The translations under genes were made by a program, and so were the position numbers. From a virus, in IMG/VR virus record IMGVR_UViG_3300042351_000704, positions 32,001 through 96,000 of that record: 64,000 nucleotides of DNA; one strand, given 5' to 3'. Each line of letters opens with the position of its first letter. Position 1 is the stretch's first letter. This document shows, piece after piece, positions 1 through 8,633 of the stretch. Below the pieces are notes generated by a model. The model was not told the DNA's origin. It worked only from the letters and a program-made list of their open reading frames with translations, and searched no databases.

Positions 1-179
1 AGATTGGTGTGATTGCACAAGAAACACTGGTTGTTGTACCGGAAGTAGTTAACCAGGACAACACAGGTATGTACAACGTATCTTATGGTAACCTTGCCGG
101 ACTTTTTATTGAAGCCATCAAAGAACAGCAGAAACAGATTGAAGACCTTAAATCAAAGCTAGATGCCCTTACAAAGTAG
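1..179 (+). CDS. C-terminus of tail fibre/spike protein with intramolecular chaperone (peptidase S74-type) domain; 5'-truncated
   Basis: Frame from position 3 reads IGVIAQETLVVVPEVV...VSYGNLAGLFIEAIKEQQKQIEDLKSKLDALTK* (TAG 177-179). GxIAQE..PE.V...Y..L...LIEAIKE plus a coiled coil is the S74 chaperone signature. Confidence 0.85.
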   Translation, partial: IGVIAQETLVVVPEVVNQDNTGMYNVSYGNLAGLFIEAIKEQQKQIEDLKSKLDALTK

Positions 180-618
180 TGGTGCCATAAGTATGTCCCA
201 AATCAATACTGAGTTGGGAAGATCATCTACTGCTGCTATCAGCTTAGATACTGCTGAGAACGGTGGGTATGCTGCTATTAACACGTGCGGATCACCATAC
301 CCTTCTTCTAGCAACCCAGCTAGTATGAGTGAGTGGTATAGTTATAACCATTCGGCAGCTTGTTGTCCAGCCTATGGAACATATCAATATGCTTATTGTA
401 GCGGTTGTGATCAGTATGCTGTATACGCAAACGGAGCTTGTGGAACATACCAAACTTTCTTAGGATATAATCCATCAGCTTGTGGTTGTTGTGATCTATA
501 TGGTACATTCTTAGGCTCGGAGTGTAGTGGTTGTGATGTATATTATATTTATGCAAATGGTAATTGTGGTACTTACTCTGGATATGCTTACACCGACTGC
601 GGAGAGTGTTTTACTTAA
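163..618 (+). CDS. Small fibre-associated protein with two Cys/Tyr/Gly-rich tandem repeats
   Basis: The N-terminus MPLQSSGAISMSQINTELG is of a type common after phage fibre genes. The C-terminus has two copies of C..YGT....CSGCD.Y..YANG.CGTY. Overlaps the upstream stop. Confidence 0.7.
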   Translation: MPLQSSGAISMSQINTELGRSSTAAISLDTAENGGYAAINTCGSPYPSSSNPASMSEWYSYNHSAACCPAYGTYQYAYCSGCDQYAVYANGACGTYQTFLGYNPSACGCCDLYGTFLGSECSGCDVYYIYANGNCGTYSGYAYTDCGECFT

Positions 619-637
619 TAATCTATAAATAAACCTT

Positions 638-859
638 ATGACGTATTTTAACAAAGGTGAGAACCTTTACTACAAAATTGATGCTGAGACCTTTACTGTC
701 TACGAAGTTTTTGGATCTGACAGTCAGAAACGTATTATGCTTAACACAGGTGAAAGATTTTACACCGATGTAATGGAGCGTATAGAAAGAGACTCTTTTA
801 CAGAGACAGATGAAGCTGCATTTACTACCTTTTTAAACCAGGTTAAAGCTAGTTTATAA
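638..859 (+). CDS. Hypothetical protein (73 aa)
   Basis: ATG ORF in operon orientation with an AT-rich leader. Confidence 0.65.
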   Translation: MTYFNKGENLYYKIDAETFTVYEVFGSDSQKRIMLNTGERFYTDVMERIERDSFTETDEAAFTTFLNQVKASL

Positions 860-878
860 ACAAGATATTGACATAGTG

Positions 879-910
879 GTGTACATATTGTAGACCTTTA
901 TATCTTTGTA
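879..910 (+). promoter_or_regulatory. Putative promoter: ATATTGTAGA element plus Bacteroidota -7 box TATCTTTG (901-908)
   Basis: TAnnTTTG match upstream of the ORF at 933. TGTAGA motif is shared with other intergenic sites. Confidence 0.55.
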
Positions 911-932
911 GTAGATTAATCTAATAACTCCT

Positions 933-1451
933 ATGGACAAAATTACCCTCAAACTTTATGAGTTCTACAACCTAGAAGCTGAACTCAATGGTGTAACCAA
1001 CCAACAAACCGGTGAGAAACTAGTAGCCGGCCTTTTACAAGAGAAACTGTCTTTGACTACCAAGTACTGGCTGACCAAGCTAGCTAAGAAGGTGGGCGAA
1101 GAAAAAGCTATTGTGGAAGAACTTAAAAACGAGCTGATCAAGAAGTACGGCAAAGAAGACGAGAATGGTGGCGTATCCATCCCGATGTCTATTGACGAGC
1201 TGGACGAAGATGGTCAACCTAAAAAAGACCTTGACAAAGATGGTAACTGGTTTACCAAGAAGGTGTTGAACCCGGATTTTAAACAGTTTGAAACAGAGTT
1301 TAACGCCCTGCTTCAGACCGACAAAGAGCTGGAATACAAGCCTTTTAGTCTGGAAGACTTTGAAAAACTAGAGACTTCTGAGAACTACGCTACGTTTTTT
1401 CAGCTGATCAAAGCTGACGATGTACCGGTAGTTCCTATGGCTGCCAAGTAA
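933..1451 (+). CDS. Hypothetical acidic helical protein (possible fibre assembly chaperone)
   Basis: 172-aa ORF with its own promoter and a downstream terminator. Function inferred only from context. Confidence 0.65.
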   Translation: MDKITLKLYEFYNLEAELNGVTNQQTGEKLVAGLLQEKLSLTTKYWLTKLAKKVGEEKAIVEELKNELIKKYGKEDENGGVSIPMSIDELDEDGQPKKDLDKDGNWFTKKVLNPDFKQFETEFNALLQTDKELEYKPFSLEDFEKLETSENYATFFQLIKADDVPVVPMAAK

Positions 1452-1478
1452 GTCGCTTTCCCTTTTTATATATTCTGC

Positions 1479-1518
1479 AAAAACCACCTCTCTAACCCGG
1501 GGTGGTTTTTTGTTTTTC
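1479..1518 (+). terminator. Rho-independent terminator
   Basis: AAAAACCACC(1479-1488)...GGTGGTTTTT(1501-1510) hairpin followed by a T-run. Confidence 0.75.
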
Positions 1519-1529
1519 TTGTAGAAATT

Positions 1530-1548
1530 TAGTATATTATATTGTAGA
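1530..1548 (+). promoter_or_regulatory. Putative phage late promoter TAGTATATTATATTGTAGA
   Basis: Identical 19-mer at 63436-63454. Both copies precede + strand structural-type genes. Confidence 0.65.
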
Positions 1549-1577
1549 CCTATACACAATCTAAACTCACTATAACT

Positions 1578-2093
1578 ATGGCCCTTAAGATCACAACCCA
1601 AATCGGGACAGACAAAGGAATTACTTCAGAAGCATACGTACGTATTGCTGACTATCAACTATCTAAATACGGTTCTGCTAACTTCCGTATAGAGATCTTC
1701 CAATCTCAGGAAGATGTTCCTGTACCTGGTGGTTATCCTATGGCAGGTTCCCCAACAGGTGGAGCTGCTAAGAACCAGCAAATTGGTGAAAGCCTGTATG
1801 TTGCTTTAACCAAGCAAGTGGAAGAAACTATTACGGTTAAGCGTATGAATCCGGTACAAGTGGAAGAAGAAGTTACTGCACCTGGTCCTATAGACGAAGA
1901 AGGTAACCCAACTACTGTGACTAGCACTGTTACCCGCACTGAAATGCAGGAGCAGGACGTAGAAGAAACCATTACCAAGACTGTTCCGGATCTGACTAGT
2001 GCAGAAGACGTGGACATATTTGAGTTTGGTTATGGTCACTTAAAGGCTAAGCTTGAAGGTCTATTCGGTGCTGAGCACGTGGTAGATTGCTAA
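1578..2093 (+). CDS. Hypothetical virion-region protein with a Thr/Glu/Val-rich insertion
   Basis: 171-aa ORF after the promoter. VEETIT occurs twice, flanking an extended segment. Confidence 0.7.
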   Translation: MALKITTQIGTDKGITSEAYVRIADYQLSKYGSANFRIEIFQSQEDVPVPGGYPMAGSPTGGAAKNQQIGESLYVALTKQVEETITVKRMNPVQVEEEVTAPGPIDEEGNPTTVTSTVTRTEMQEQDVEETITKTVPDLTSAEDVDIFEFGYGHLKAKLEGLFGAEHVVDC

Positions 2094-2116
2094 TAACTCA
2101 TTGATATCCAATAACT

Positions 2117-3355
2117 ATGTTACCTCTGAAATCTAATACTGCTGAGCAGGGTTGCTCCCCTGTATCCTCTAATTGTGTCATATGGCAGGGTCCTAACCTG
2201 TCATGTATCAACCTTTGCAACGGTGACACTGTTTCTGACGTAGTCTACAAAATAGCCACCAACCTGTGTGCCATCCAGAATGCTCTAGATCTTAAGGATG
2301 TGGACCTCAGTTGCCTGGTGACATTTTGTACATCTTCTAACCCCGCTCCAACTACGAAGACCCTGCCGGCAGTATTGGATTTTATAGTAAAGAAGATATG
2401 CTGTTTAGAAGATCTTATTCCACCAAGCGGTGGAAGTGGAACAACATACACTGAACCTAATTTAACTCTTCCTACCTGTCTTCAGTATAACGATCCTTCA
2501 ACTGGTCAACCAGTAACACAGCTGATACTGAACCAGTATGTGCTTCGCCTGGCAAACCAGTTCTGTGCTTTAAAAGTCACAGTGGATACCCACACTACAC
2601 AGATTACTAGTTTAACAACTCGTGTTACAGCTTTAGAAGCAAGACCGATTCCTATCCCATTACCTACAGTAACACCTAATTGTATACTTACTCCAGGTGT
2701 AGCTACTCCGATGGCTACTGTACTAGATGAACTAGAAGCTCAGTATTGTTTACTTAGAGGCGTGTTGGGCACCAATACACAGATTACAGCTGCAACGGCT
2801 GCACAATGTGCTGGTTTAAGTTCAGCTGCAGCATTAAGTCAACCTGGAGTGATGTCTGGTATTAGTGGTTGGAACAGCTCTGTAACAAATATGGCACAGG
2901 CATTTCAAAACTTATGGATCACTGTATGTGACATGAGAGCTGTAATTGGTGACTTAAAGAATTGTTGTAGTCAGGTAGACTGTACTCAGTTTATTCTGAA
3001 CTATACTGCTTCAGCTAATTCAGATCGTACTCAAATTACTTTAGACTTTAACCCAGGTACTATTATTCCAGCTGGCTTTGCTAACGCTGTGGCAGGTAGT
3101 TCTGTAGTTATTTCTGATGGTACAAATAGTAAAACATTTACACTTAATCTTGTATCTCTAGCGGCTAGTGGAGAGTTCATAGCAACTGTTGCCGGTGGTA
3201 GCGTTGTGGGTGTAGCTCTTAATACTTCTCAGCCTTATACAGTTACAGTTAATGGTAACATTACTAAAGATGGACAAAGCTGTAGTAAAACAGTTAACAA
3301 GACTATTTCTGTACCGTGTCCAATAGTATCTAACGTAGTAGCAACATTATCATAA
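2117..3355 (+). CDS. Cys-rich structural protein (fibre/decoration) with short coiled coil
   Basis: Many Cys, an SNCVIWQGPNL module and a heptad segment ITSLTTRVTALE. Lies in the structural block. Confidence 0.7.
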   Translation: MLPLKSNTAEQGCSPVSSNCVIWQGPNLSCINLCNGDTVSDVVYKIATNLCAIQNALDLKDVDLSCLVTFCTSSNPAPTTKTLPAVLDFIVKKICCLEDLIPPSGGSGTTYTEPNLTLPTCLQYNDPSTGQPVTQLILNQYVLRLANQFCALKVTVDTHTTQITSLTTRVTALEARPIPIPLPTVTPNCILTPGVATPMATVLDELEAQYCLLRGVLGTNTQITAATAAQCAGLSSAAALSQPGVMSGISGWNSSVTNMAQAFQNLWITVCDMRAVIGDLKNCCSQVDCTQFILNYTASANSDRTQITLDFNPGTIIPAGFANAVAGSSVVISDGTNSKTFTLNLVSLAASGEFIATVAGGSVVGVALNTSQPYTVTVNGNITKDGQSCSKTVNKTISVPCPIVSNVVATLS

Positions 3356-3356
3356 G

Positions 3357-3914
3357 ATGAATATAACCTTAACATGGACAGCTGGTGGTGGTGCAACTAG
3401 CCAGAATGTTCAATACAAACAAAGTACATCCGGAACTTGGATTACCCATAGTACGGTAAGTGGAACTACTAACTCAGATACGATTAACGGCTTAACCGAT
3501 AACGTAATATACGATTTTAGAGTGGTGACCAACTGTGCTGGTGGAACACCTGCTCCTAGTGCACCTACTCAACAAATTAATATAACTTGTCCTAGTGTAT
3601 CAACTACACCATCTGATGTCAGCATAGCTTATAGCTTTTCTGATTTAGGTGCTTCGGTAACCGGCTATACTGTAAAACTATTTAGCAACGATGGTACTAC
3701 CGAACTCTCTAGCCAGACACCTTCTGGAACAAGTGTAAAAAGTGGAACATTTACCGGTCTTACCGCATCTACTGGTTATAAAATCAGGGTAATTGTTACA
3801 GCAGGTTCGTTTAGTAAAACAAACTGTGCTTTTACAAGCGTAACCACTACTTCTACACCTGCATGTAATGCTCCAACTGGTGTAACTGCTACTATCACAG
3901 AAGATCTTACATAA
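3357..3914 (+). CDS. Fibronectin type III-like repeat protein (two domains)
   Basis: ITLTW...YK...TINGLTDNVIYDFRV and TFTGLTASTGYKIRV match FN3 L.p.t.Y..rV signatures. Confidence 0.75.
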   Translation: MNITLTWTAGGGATSQNVQYKQSTSGTWITHSTVSGTTNSDTINGLTDNVIYDFRVVTNCAGGTPAPSAPTQQINITCPSVSTTPSDVSIAYSFSDLGASVTGYTVKLFSNDGTTELSSQTPSGTSVKSGTFTGLTASTGYKIRVIVTAGSFSKTNCAFTSVTTTSTPACNAPTGVTATITEDLT

Positions 3915-3930
3915 AATAATATAATACCAT

Positions 3931-4560
3931 ATGTCCTGTAATCCTTGTGCAGAATGTCCTCCAGATTTAAACTACACTCTTCCACCATGTGCGGAAGGTG
4001 AGCCTTGTGAGGAAATATTTCCTACCGACTGTGTCAGCTATAAAGGTCCAAATCTGCCTGCTCTTGGTATTAAAAATACTGACAGGCTTTCTGATATATT
4101 AACCAGTTTACACCAGGTGGTAAATACCCTGATCAACCCGGTGGTTCCAATTGCCAACTTTACAGCTACTAATACTGGTACAGGTGCTAATCCTGCTCCA
4201 ATGGTAGTTACTTACCTGGGTCTGGGTCCGGTGTATAAATCTACTGCAGGCGCTACAGGCGCTGGTACTACTATCACCGTAGGATCTACAACAGGTCTTG
4301 TAGTTGGTATGAGAGTAGAAGTGACTGCAGGCGTTGGTGTATTTGCTGCTAACACTACCGTTACTTCAATCCCTAGTCCTACTACGTTTGTAGTAAGCCA
4401 GGCACCTACCACTGCACTTTCTGGTGGATCTACAACCATTACTGCAACCGGATCTAACCACGACATCTTTACTATATCTGTATTAAAAAATATTCCTCAG
4501 ACCTTTAAAGCTTTTGCAGGCTCTCCTGTAAAACTATCTGGTACAGGTACTATTGTATAA
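3931..4560 (+). CDS. Cys-rich structural protein sharing the CVxxxGPNL module with ORF 2117
   Basis: TDCVSYKGPNLPALGIKNTDRLSDIL resembles SNCVIWQGPNLSCINLCNGDTVSDVV. Thr/Gly beta-rich C-terminus. Confidence 0.7.
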   Translation: MSCNPCAECPPDLNYTLPPCAEGEPCEEIFPTDCVSYKGPNLPALGIKNTDRLSDILTSLHQVVNTLINPVVPIANFTATNTGTGANPAPMVVTYLGLGPVYKSTAGATGAGTTITVGSTTGLVVGMRVEVTAGVGVFAANTTVTSIPSPTTFVVSQAPTTALSGGSTTITATGSNHDIFTISVLKNIPQTFKAFAGSPVKLSGTGTIV

Positions 4561-4570
4561 AACATAACCT

Positions 4571-5002
4571 ATGTCTGTTCTTCCTTGCATATCATACAAA
4601 GTTCTTAATGTAGCTTTTACAGCTCCAACCATTCCTCCGGTTAACGGGTATGTGGTAAAATGGAGAGTTGTAGGAGAAACAGAATGGAACGTGGTATCTA
4701 ACCAGTACAATAATCCTGTACAGATTGCAGGCGTTCCTACTTGTTATGCTATTGAAGGAACTATCCAGGCTGATTGTGGTGGTGGTAACTTAGGTAACCC
4801 AATCAATTTTGCATTAAGTGCACAAGCTTCAAGCTGTTATACATTTACTTTGTTACAGTCAGCTAACTATACTTATGTTTCTTGTGGCGGCACTCAAGTG
4901 TCTACAGTAACAAATAGTGCTAGTCAGCCCACTTCTATATGTGCAATAGATGGATCTGTCAGTGGTGGATCCTTTACCCGTTCTTCATCATGTATTTCCT
5001 AA
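4571..5002 (+). CDS. FN3-like, Cys-containing structural protein
   Basis: PVNGYVVKWR...IEGTIQADCGG resembles the N-terminus of ORF 5011 (PANGYRVKYW...YAGTVEAHCGG). Confidence 0.65.
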   Translation: MSVLPCISYKVLNVAFTAPTIPPVNGYVVKWRVVGETEWNVVSNQYNNPVQIAGVPTCYAIEGTIQADCGGGNLGNPINFALSAQASSCYTFTLLQSANYTYVSCGGTQVSTVTNSASQPTSICAIDGSVSGGSFTRSSSCIS

Positions 5003-5010
5003 ACTGAGAT

Positions 5011-5811
5011 ATGTCTTATTCATTAATTATAAACTGGACAGCTGCAAGCCCTGTACCCGCCAACGGATACCGGGTAAAGTATTGGCCTACCAGCAATCCT
5101 TCTGCTGTTACTACTGTTACACCTAATGTCAGCGGTACAACACATACGATTACAGGTCTAAGTGCAACATCTTATGCAGGTACCGTAGAAGCACATTGTG
5201 GCGGAAGTAACTATTCTACAGCCCAAAGCTTTACGGCTAACTATGATTTTTATTATTATACGTTAAGTAAGTATGATTGCTCTAACAGCTGTGCTCAGGT
5301 AGGAACTACCGGACAGTTTGTGGGTCGTTCTACTACCGCGCTTTCTACAACAAGCGGCACACACTATAAGGTTGGTAACTTTACATATGTAGTCAATACA
5401 TTGGTTACACCAGATCCTTCTACATTTGATGTTGATCTGAATACTGCTACAGCAACAGGATCTACTTGTTCTGCAGCCTGTGGAAGTCCTTCTAACGGAA
5501 CTATCAGTATTTTAAACAATGGAGGATCAGGAGCTGTAATAAGTGATTTTCAACCAACATGGTTTTTCATAGATAATGGTGTAATCCCTGTACAAAATTT
5601 AGGCTCAGCTACTGGCGGACATGGTGGATTTACTGGCAACTTTGGAGTTACTGTAACTGGGGCAATGGGGGGTTGTTTAACTCTTACCGTTAACGGAACC
5701 ATGGTACAAAATCTTGGTATCTCAGCTTCTGGTATTTACACCTTTTTAAGTGTAACTATTCCAAGTAACGCTTCAGTAATAATCTCACTTGATCAAGGAG
5801 CTTGTCAATAA
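5011..5811 (+). CDS. FN3-like N-terminal domain plus beta-rich C-terminal domains (decoration or receptor-binding candidate)
   Basis: INWTAA..P.NGYRVKY...TITGLSATSY is FN3-like. Ser/Thr/Gly-rich. Confidence 0.7.
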   Translation: MSYSLIINWTAASPVPANGYRVKYWPTSNPSAVTTVTPNVSGTTHTITGLSATSYAGTVEAHCGGSNYSTAQSFTANYDFYYYTLSKYDCSNSCAQVGTTGQFVGRSTTALSTTSGTHYKVGNFTYVVNTLVTPDPSTFDVDLNTATATGSTCSAACGSPSNGTISILNNGGSGAVISDFQPTWFFIDNGVIPVQNLGSATGGHGGFTGNFGVTVTGAMGGCLTLTVNGTMVQNLGISASGIYTFLSVTIPSNASVIISLDQGACQ

Positions 5812-5857
5812 CTTATAAAAAAGTCAGTGGTTTAGTTGGTTTTCCACGGACAACTAA

Positions 5858-5896
5858 AGCCTCTGGTATTTCTATACCGGGGGCTAATTTTTTTTT
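5858..5896 (+). terminator. Rho-independent terminator
   Basis: AGCCTCTGGTAT-TTCT-ATACCGGGGGCT hairpin followed by a T9 run. Confidence 0.8.
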
Positions 5897-5913
5897 ACTA
5901 CTGTTGATAAAAG

Positions 5914-5940
5914 GTGTATAATATGTAGAGTAGTTCTACA
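5914..5940 (+). promoter_or_regulatory. Putative promoter with TGTAGA-N5-TCTACA inverted repeat
   Basis: GTGTATAATATGTAGAGTAGTTCTACA upstream of ORF 5983. Confidence 0.5.
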
Positions 5941-5982
5941 ACATGAATCTAACTTCATACACCATATACTAATCCTACCCCT

Positions 5983-7299
5983 ATGAATCTCATCTCGCAG
6001 GTATATGGCTCCATCCGTTGGAAAAAAACGGATGAGTGGTGTGCCGAAAAGTTAGGTATTTCTTTACAAAAATACCAAAACATCAAGCAACAAATTCTAC
6101 AAACCAAGGAACTTCTTCAGGAAGAACTGGATAACAGCCTTATAGACTTGGCTGGTAAAAGAATGCTTGACCTGATCAATGACGAACAGATCAAAAATCA
6201 GTACATCACCCAGCTGGAAGACCAGTTGGAGATTGCCATCAACCAGCAAAAAGAAAAAGTGGTTGAGTTTAAAGAAGACCTGGAAGGGGGCACTGCGGAA
6301 ATCAAAGGTATTGCCTTTGCAGAGCCCAAAAGCCCAGATGAGATTATCCGCATCTTAAAGATTGATACAGAAAAATGGAAGCTGAGTTCTTATTGGAACA
6401 AGCAGCACAAAGACTACTGGCTTATTTCAGCCATGGTGGCTCAGAAGAAAGCAAGCAATGTGGACATGCTGGCTGAGACTATCAAAGATTTCAACCCTGA
6501 TTATACTCCTGTTGCAGAGGTACACATAAACGAACATTACACTTTACCTACGATGGGGATCTTGTCAGTACAGGATCTCCATTTTGGTAAAGAGGGTAAT
6601 GCAGGCGTGATCCAGGACTTCAGAGAAGCAGTCTCTGGCCTGGTGGTAAGAGCCTACCATTCTCACAACCTGGACAGACTGGTGTTTGTATTTGGCGGGG
6701 ACATCCTGAACATGGATACATTTTCCGGGCAAACAACCAAGGGCACCCCTGTAGACAACGATCAGCGTGCCCAGGATGCCTATAAAGATGCTTTTAACAG
6801 CATGTACTGGGCCCTGAACTTCATGAAGCAGTTCTGTAATCAATTAGACGTGGTATACGTGCCCGGAAATCATGACAGGCTATCTTCTTACCATTTGGCT
6901 CATGCCCTCTCTAAATGCTTTGTAAACGCTTCTAATATCACTTTTCACTGTGACTATGCAGAACGCAAGGTGCTCACCTACGGGATGAACTTCTTTGCCT
7001 TTGAGCACGGGGATGTGAATTCCAAGAATACACCCCTGATCTATGCCACCGAGTTTGCTACCCAGTGGGGTGCTACCAAGTACCGCACTTGCTTTACCGG
7101 TCACTGGCATAAGAAAAAGACTACGCAGTATGTTACTGAGAATGAGGAAGCTGGCTTTGCGATCAAGCACATGCCGAGCCTTTCCCGCTCAGATTACTGG
7201 CATTACCATAACAAATTTACAGGAGCCAAACGCCAGGCTATTATGGAACTTCATGATATGCTCAAGGGTAAAGTATGTGAACTGGTACACACCTGTTAA
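5983..7299 (+). CDS. Calcineurin-like metallophosphoesterase (Mre11/SbcD-like fold) with helical N-terminal extension
   Basis: Motifs DLHFG, GGDILN, PGNHD, EHGD and GHWH in the canonical order. Confidence 0.85.
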   Translation: MNLISQVYGSIRWKKTDEWCAEKLGISLQKYQNIKQQILQTKELLQEELDNSLIDLAGKRMLDLINDEQIKNQYITQLEDQLEIAINQQKEKVVEFKEDLEGGTAEIKGIAFAEPKSPDEIIRILKIDTEKWKLSSYWNKQHKDYWLISAMVAQKKASNVDMLAETIKDFNPDYTPVAEVHINEHYTLPTMGILSVQDLHFGKEGNAGVIQDFREAVSGLVVRAYHSHNLDRLVFVFGGDILNMDTFSGQTTKGTPVDNDQRAQDAYKDAFNSMYWALNFMKQFCNQLDVVYVPGNHDRLSSYHLAHALSKCFVNASNITFHCDYAERKVLTYGMNFFAFEHGDVNSKNTPLIYATEFATQWGATKYRTCFTGHWHKKKTTQYVTENEEAGFAIKHMPSLSRSDYWHYHNKFTGAKRQAIMELHDMLKGKVCELVHTC

Positions 7300-7359
7300 A
7301 CTCTCCAAGTTTAATTAGAAAACCTCGTAGATTTTTAGTAAATTATTAATGTAGAACTT
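7297..7359 (+). promoter_or_regulatory. Extended promoter element (TAAAC..GTTTA palindrome, AT box, TGTAGAACTT)
   Basis: Aligns over about 60 nt with 23308-23365. Confidence 0.55.
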
Positions 7360-7947
7360 GTGGCCATAAAGTATAACAAGCCAGACCTCAATGCCCCGCG
7401 ATACAGACCCAAGAAACTGAACCTGACCAACCAGGATGTGTATCAAAAGTTTGTGGATGAAAACCCCAGGTTTGCTTCACTCACCGTCACGCAGTTTAAA
7501 GATGTTATTAAGTCCTTTAACGGCAAGATCTGGAACAAAGTGATCGAAAGCCGTGATGGAGTGGAGCTTCCCGAACAGCTGGGTTACCTGTTTATAGGAT
7601 CCTGTCCTCGTAAACAAAATGATAATCCTGATCGGGTAAAGTCTATTCTCTATGGGATGAAGGTTCAGAATCAAAACTGGGAAAGTGATCAGTACGTAGC
7701 CAAGATCTTCTACACCAACTTTGAAACCAAGTACCGGTTTAAGCACCACGAGATGTGGGGATTCACCGGTGTAAGAGACTTCAAAAGAACAGTGGCCAAA
7801 ACATATCCGCAAGAGTGGAAGAAATATGTACAGGTGGATAACCTGGTAAAAGTGAGCCTGCTGTTCCGCAAGCAAAAGTTCAAAGACTTTAAGAAACAAG
7901 AAACTACAGAGCTCCTCAAAGAGTATGACGAGTTTGACCTAGATTAA
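7360..7947 (+). CDS. IHF/HU-like protein of the crAss-like tail gene block (GTG start)
   Basis: FKDVIKSFNGKIWNKVIE..GVELPEQLGYLFI resembles the HU/IHF helix-strand core. Basic protein. Position before the tail genes matches crAss-like phages. Confidence 0.6.
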   Translation: MAIKYNKPDLNAPRYRPKKLNLTNQDVYQKFVDENPRFASLTVTQFKDVIKSFNGKIWNKVIESRDGVELPEQLGYLFIGSCPRKQNDNPDRVKSILYGMKVQNQNWESDQYVAKIFYTNFETKYRFKHHEMWGFTGVRDFKRTVAKTYPQEWKKYVQVDNLVKVSLLFRKQKFKDFKKQETTELLKEYDEFDLD

Positions 7948-7956
7948 TACCGCCCT

Positions 7957-8628
7957 ATGAAGACAACTATTGGAGATGTAATCTCAAGAATCCGTTCCCA
8001 AGTGAAGGCAGTAAGGCAAGATGCTTTACTGACTGACAGGGTCATATATTCTTTTGTCAACAAGCACGCCAAGTGGTTAATGAAAAGAGAAGACTCTCGT
8101 AATAAGCTGATGGCTTTCTCTGGCGTTATTCAAACACTAGATCTGGTTGAACTTATTGATGTAGACAAGGTGGAAGCCTGCTGCACCGGACTATCTTCTG
8201 ATTGCACTATCAAGCGTACAAAAAAGAAGATGCCCATATTCATGCAAGGATACTGGGGTCCGCTTATTCGTACTGTAGCAAGCCTGGACGGCTCAGAAGA
8301 GTTGCAGCCAACTACACCGAGTCAGTATATTTCGATGAGCAAGAGCAAGAACTTCCGTTTTAATAAGACTAAATATTTCTGGTACCTGGATGATTATATC
8401 TATTTCCCGAACCTGGAGTGGGATGCAGTGCGTATAGAAGGAATTTTTGAAGATGACATCTCCAGCTTTACCTGTGAAGAAGACAGTTGCATGACCCGCT
8501 CTAGCCAGAGTTTCAATGTACCTGATTACCTGCTTGGTGAAATAGAAGCCAAGACTTTCCAGGACCTGGCTGGCATGATGCAAATGCCGGTTGATTTAAC
8601 CAATGATAAACAAAGCGTAGCCCGTTAA
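7957..8628 (+). CDS. Putative tail ring/tubular protein
   Basis: 223 aa between the IHF-like gene and the tail stabilisation gene. Call rests on crAss-like synteny. Confidence 0.55.
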   Translation: MKTTIGDVISRIRSQVKAVRQDALLTDRVIYSFVNKHAKWLMKREDSRNKLMAFSGVIQTLDLVELIDVDKVEACCTGLSSDCTIKRTKKKMPIFMQGYWGPLIRTVASLDGSEELQPTTPSQYISMSKSKNFRFNKTKYFWYLDDYIYFPNLEWDAVRIEGIFEDDISSFTCEEDSCMTRSSQSFNVPDYLLGEIEAKTFQDLAGMMQMPVDLTNDKQSVAR

Positions 8629-8633
8629 TAGCC

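Noticed and set aside
163-618. DGR template/variable repeat pair in the Cys-rich repeats
   Set aside because: Both copies are in-frame in one gene, differences are not adenine-specific, and there is no reverse transcriptase in the window.
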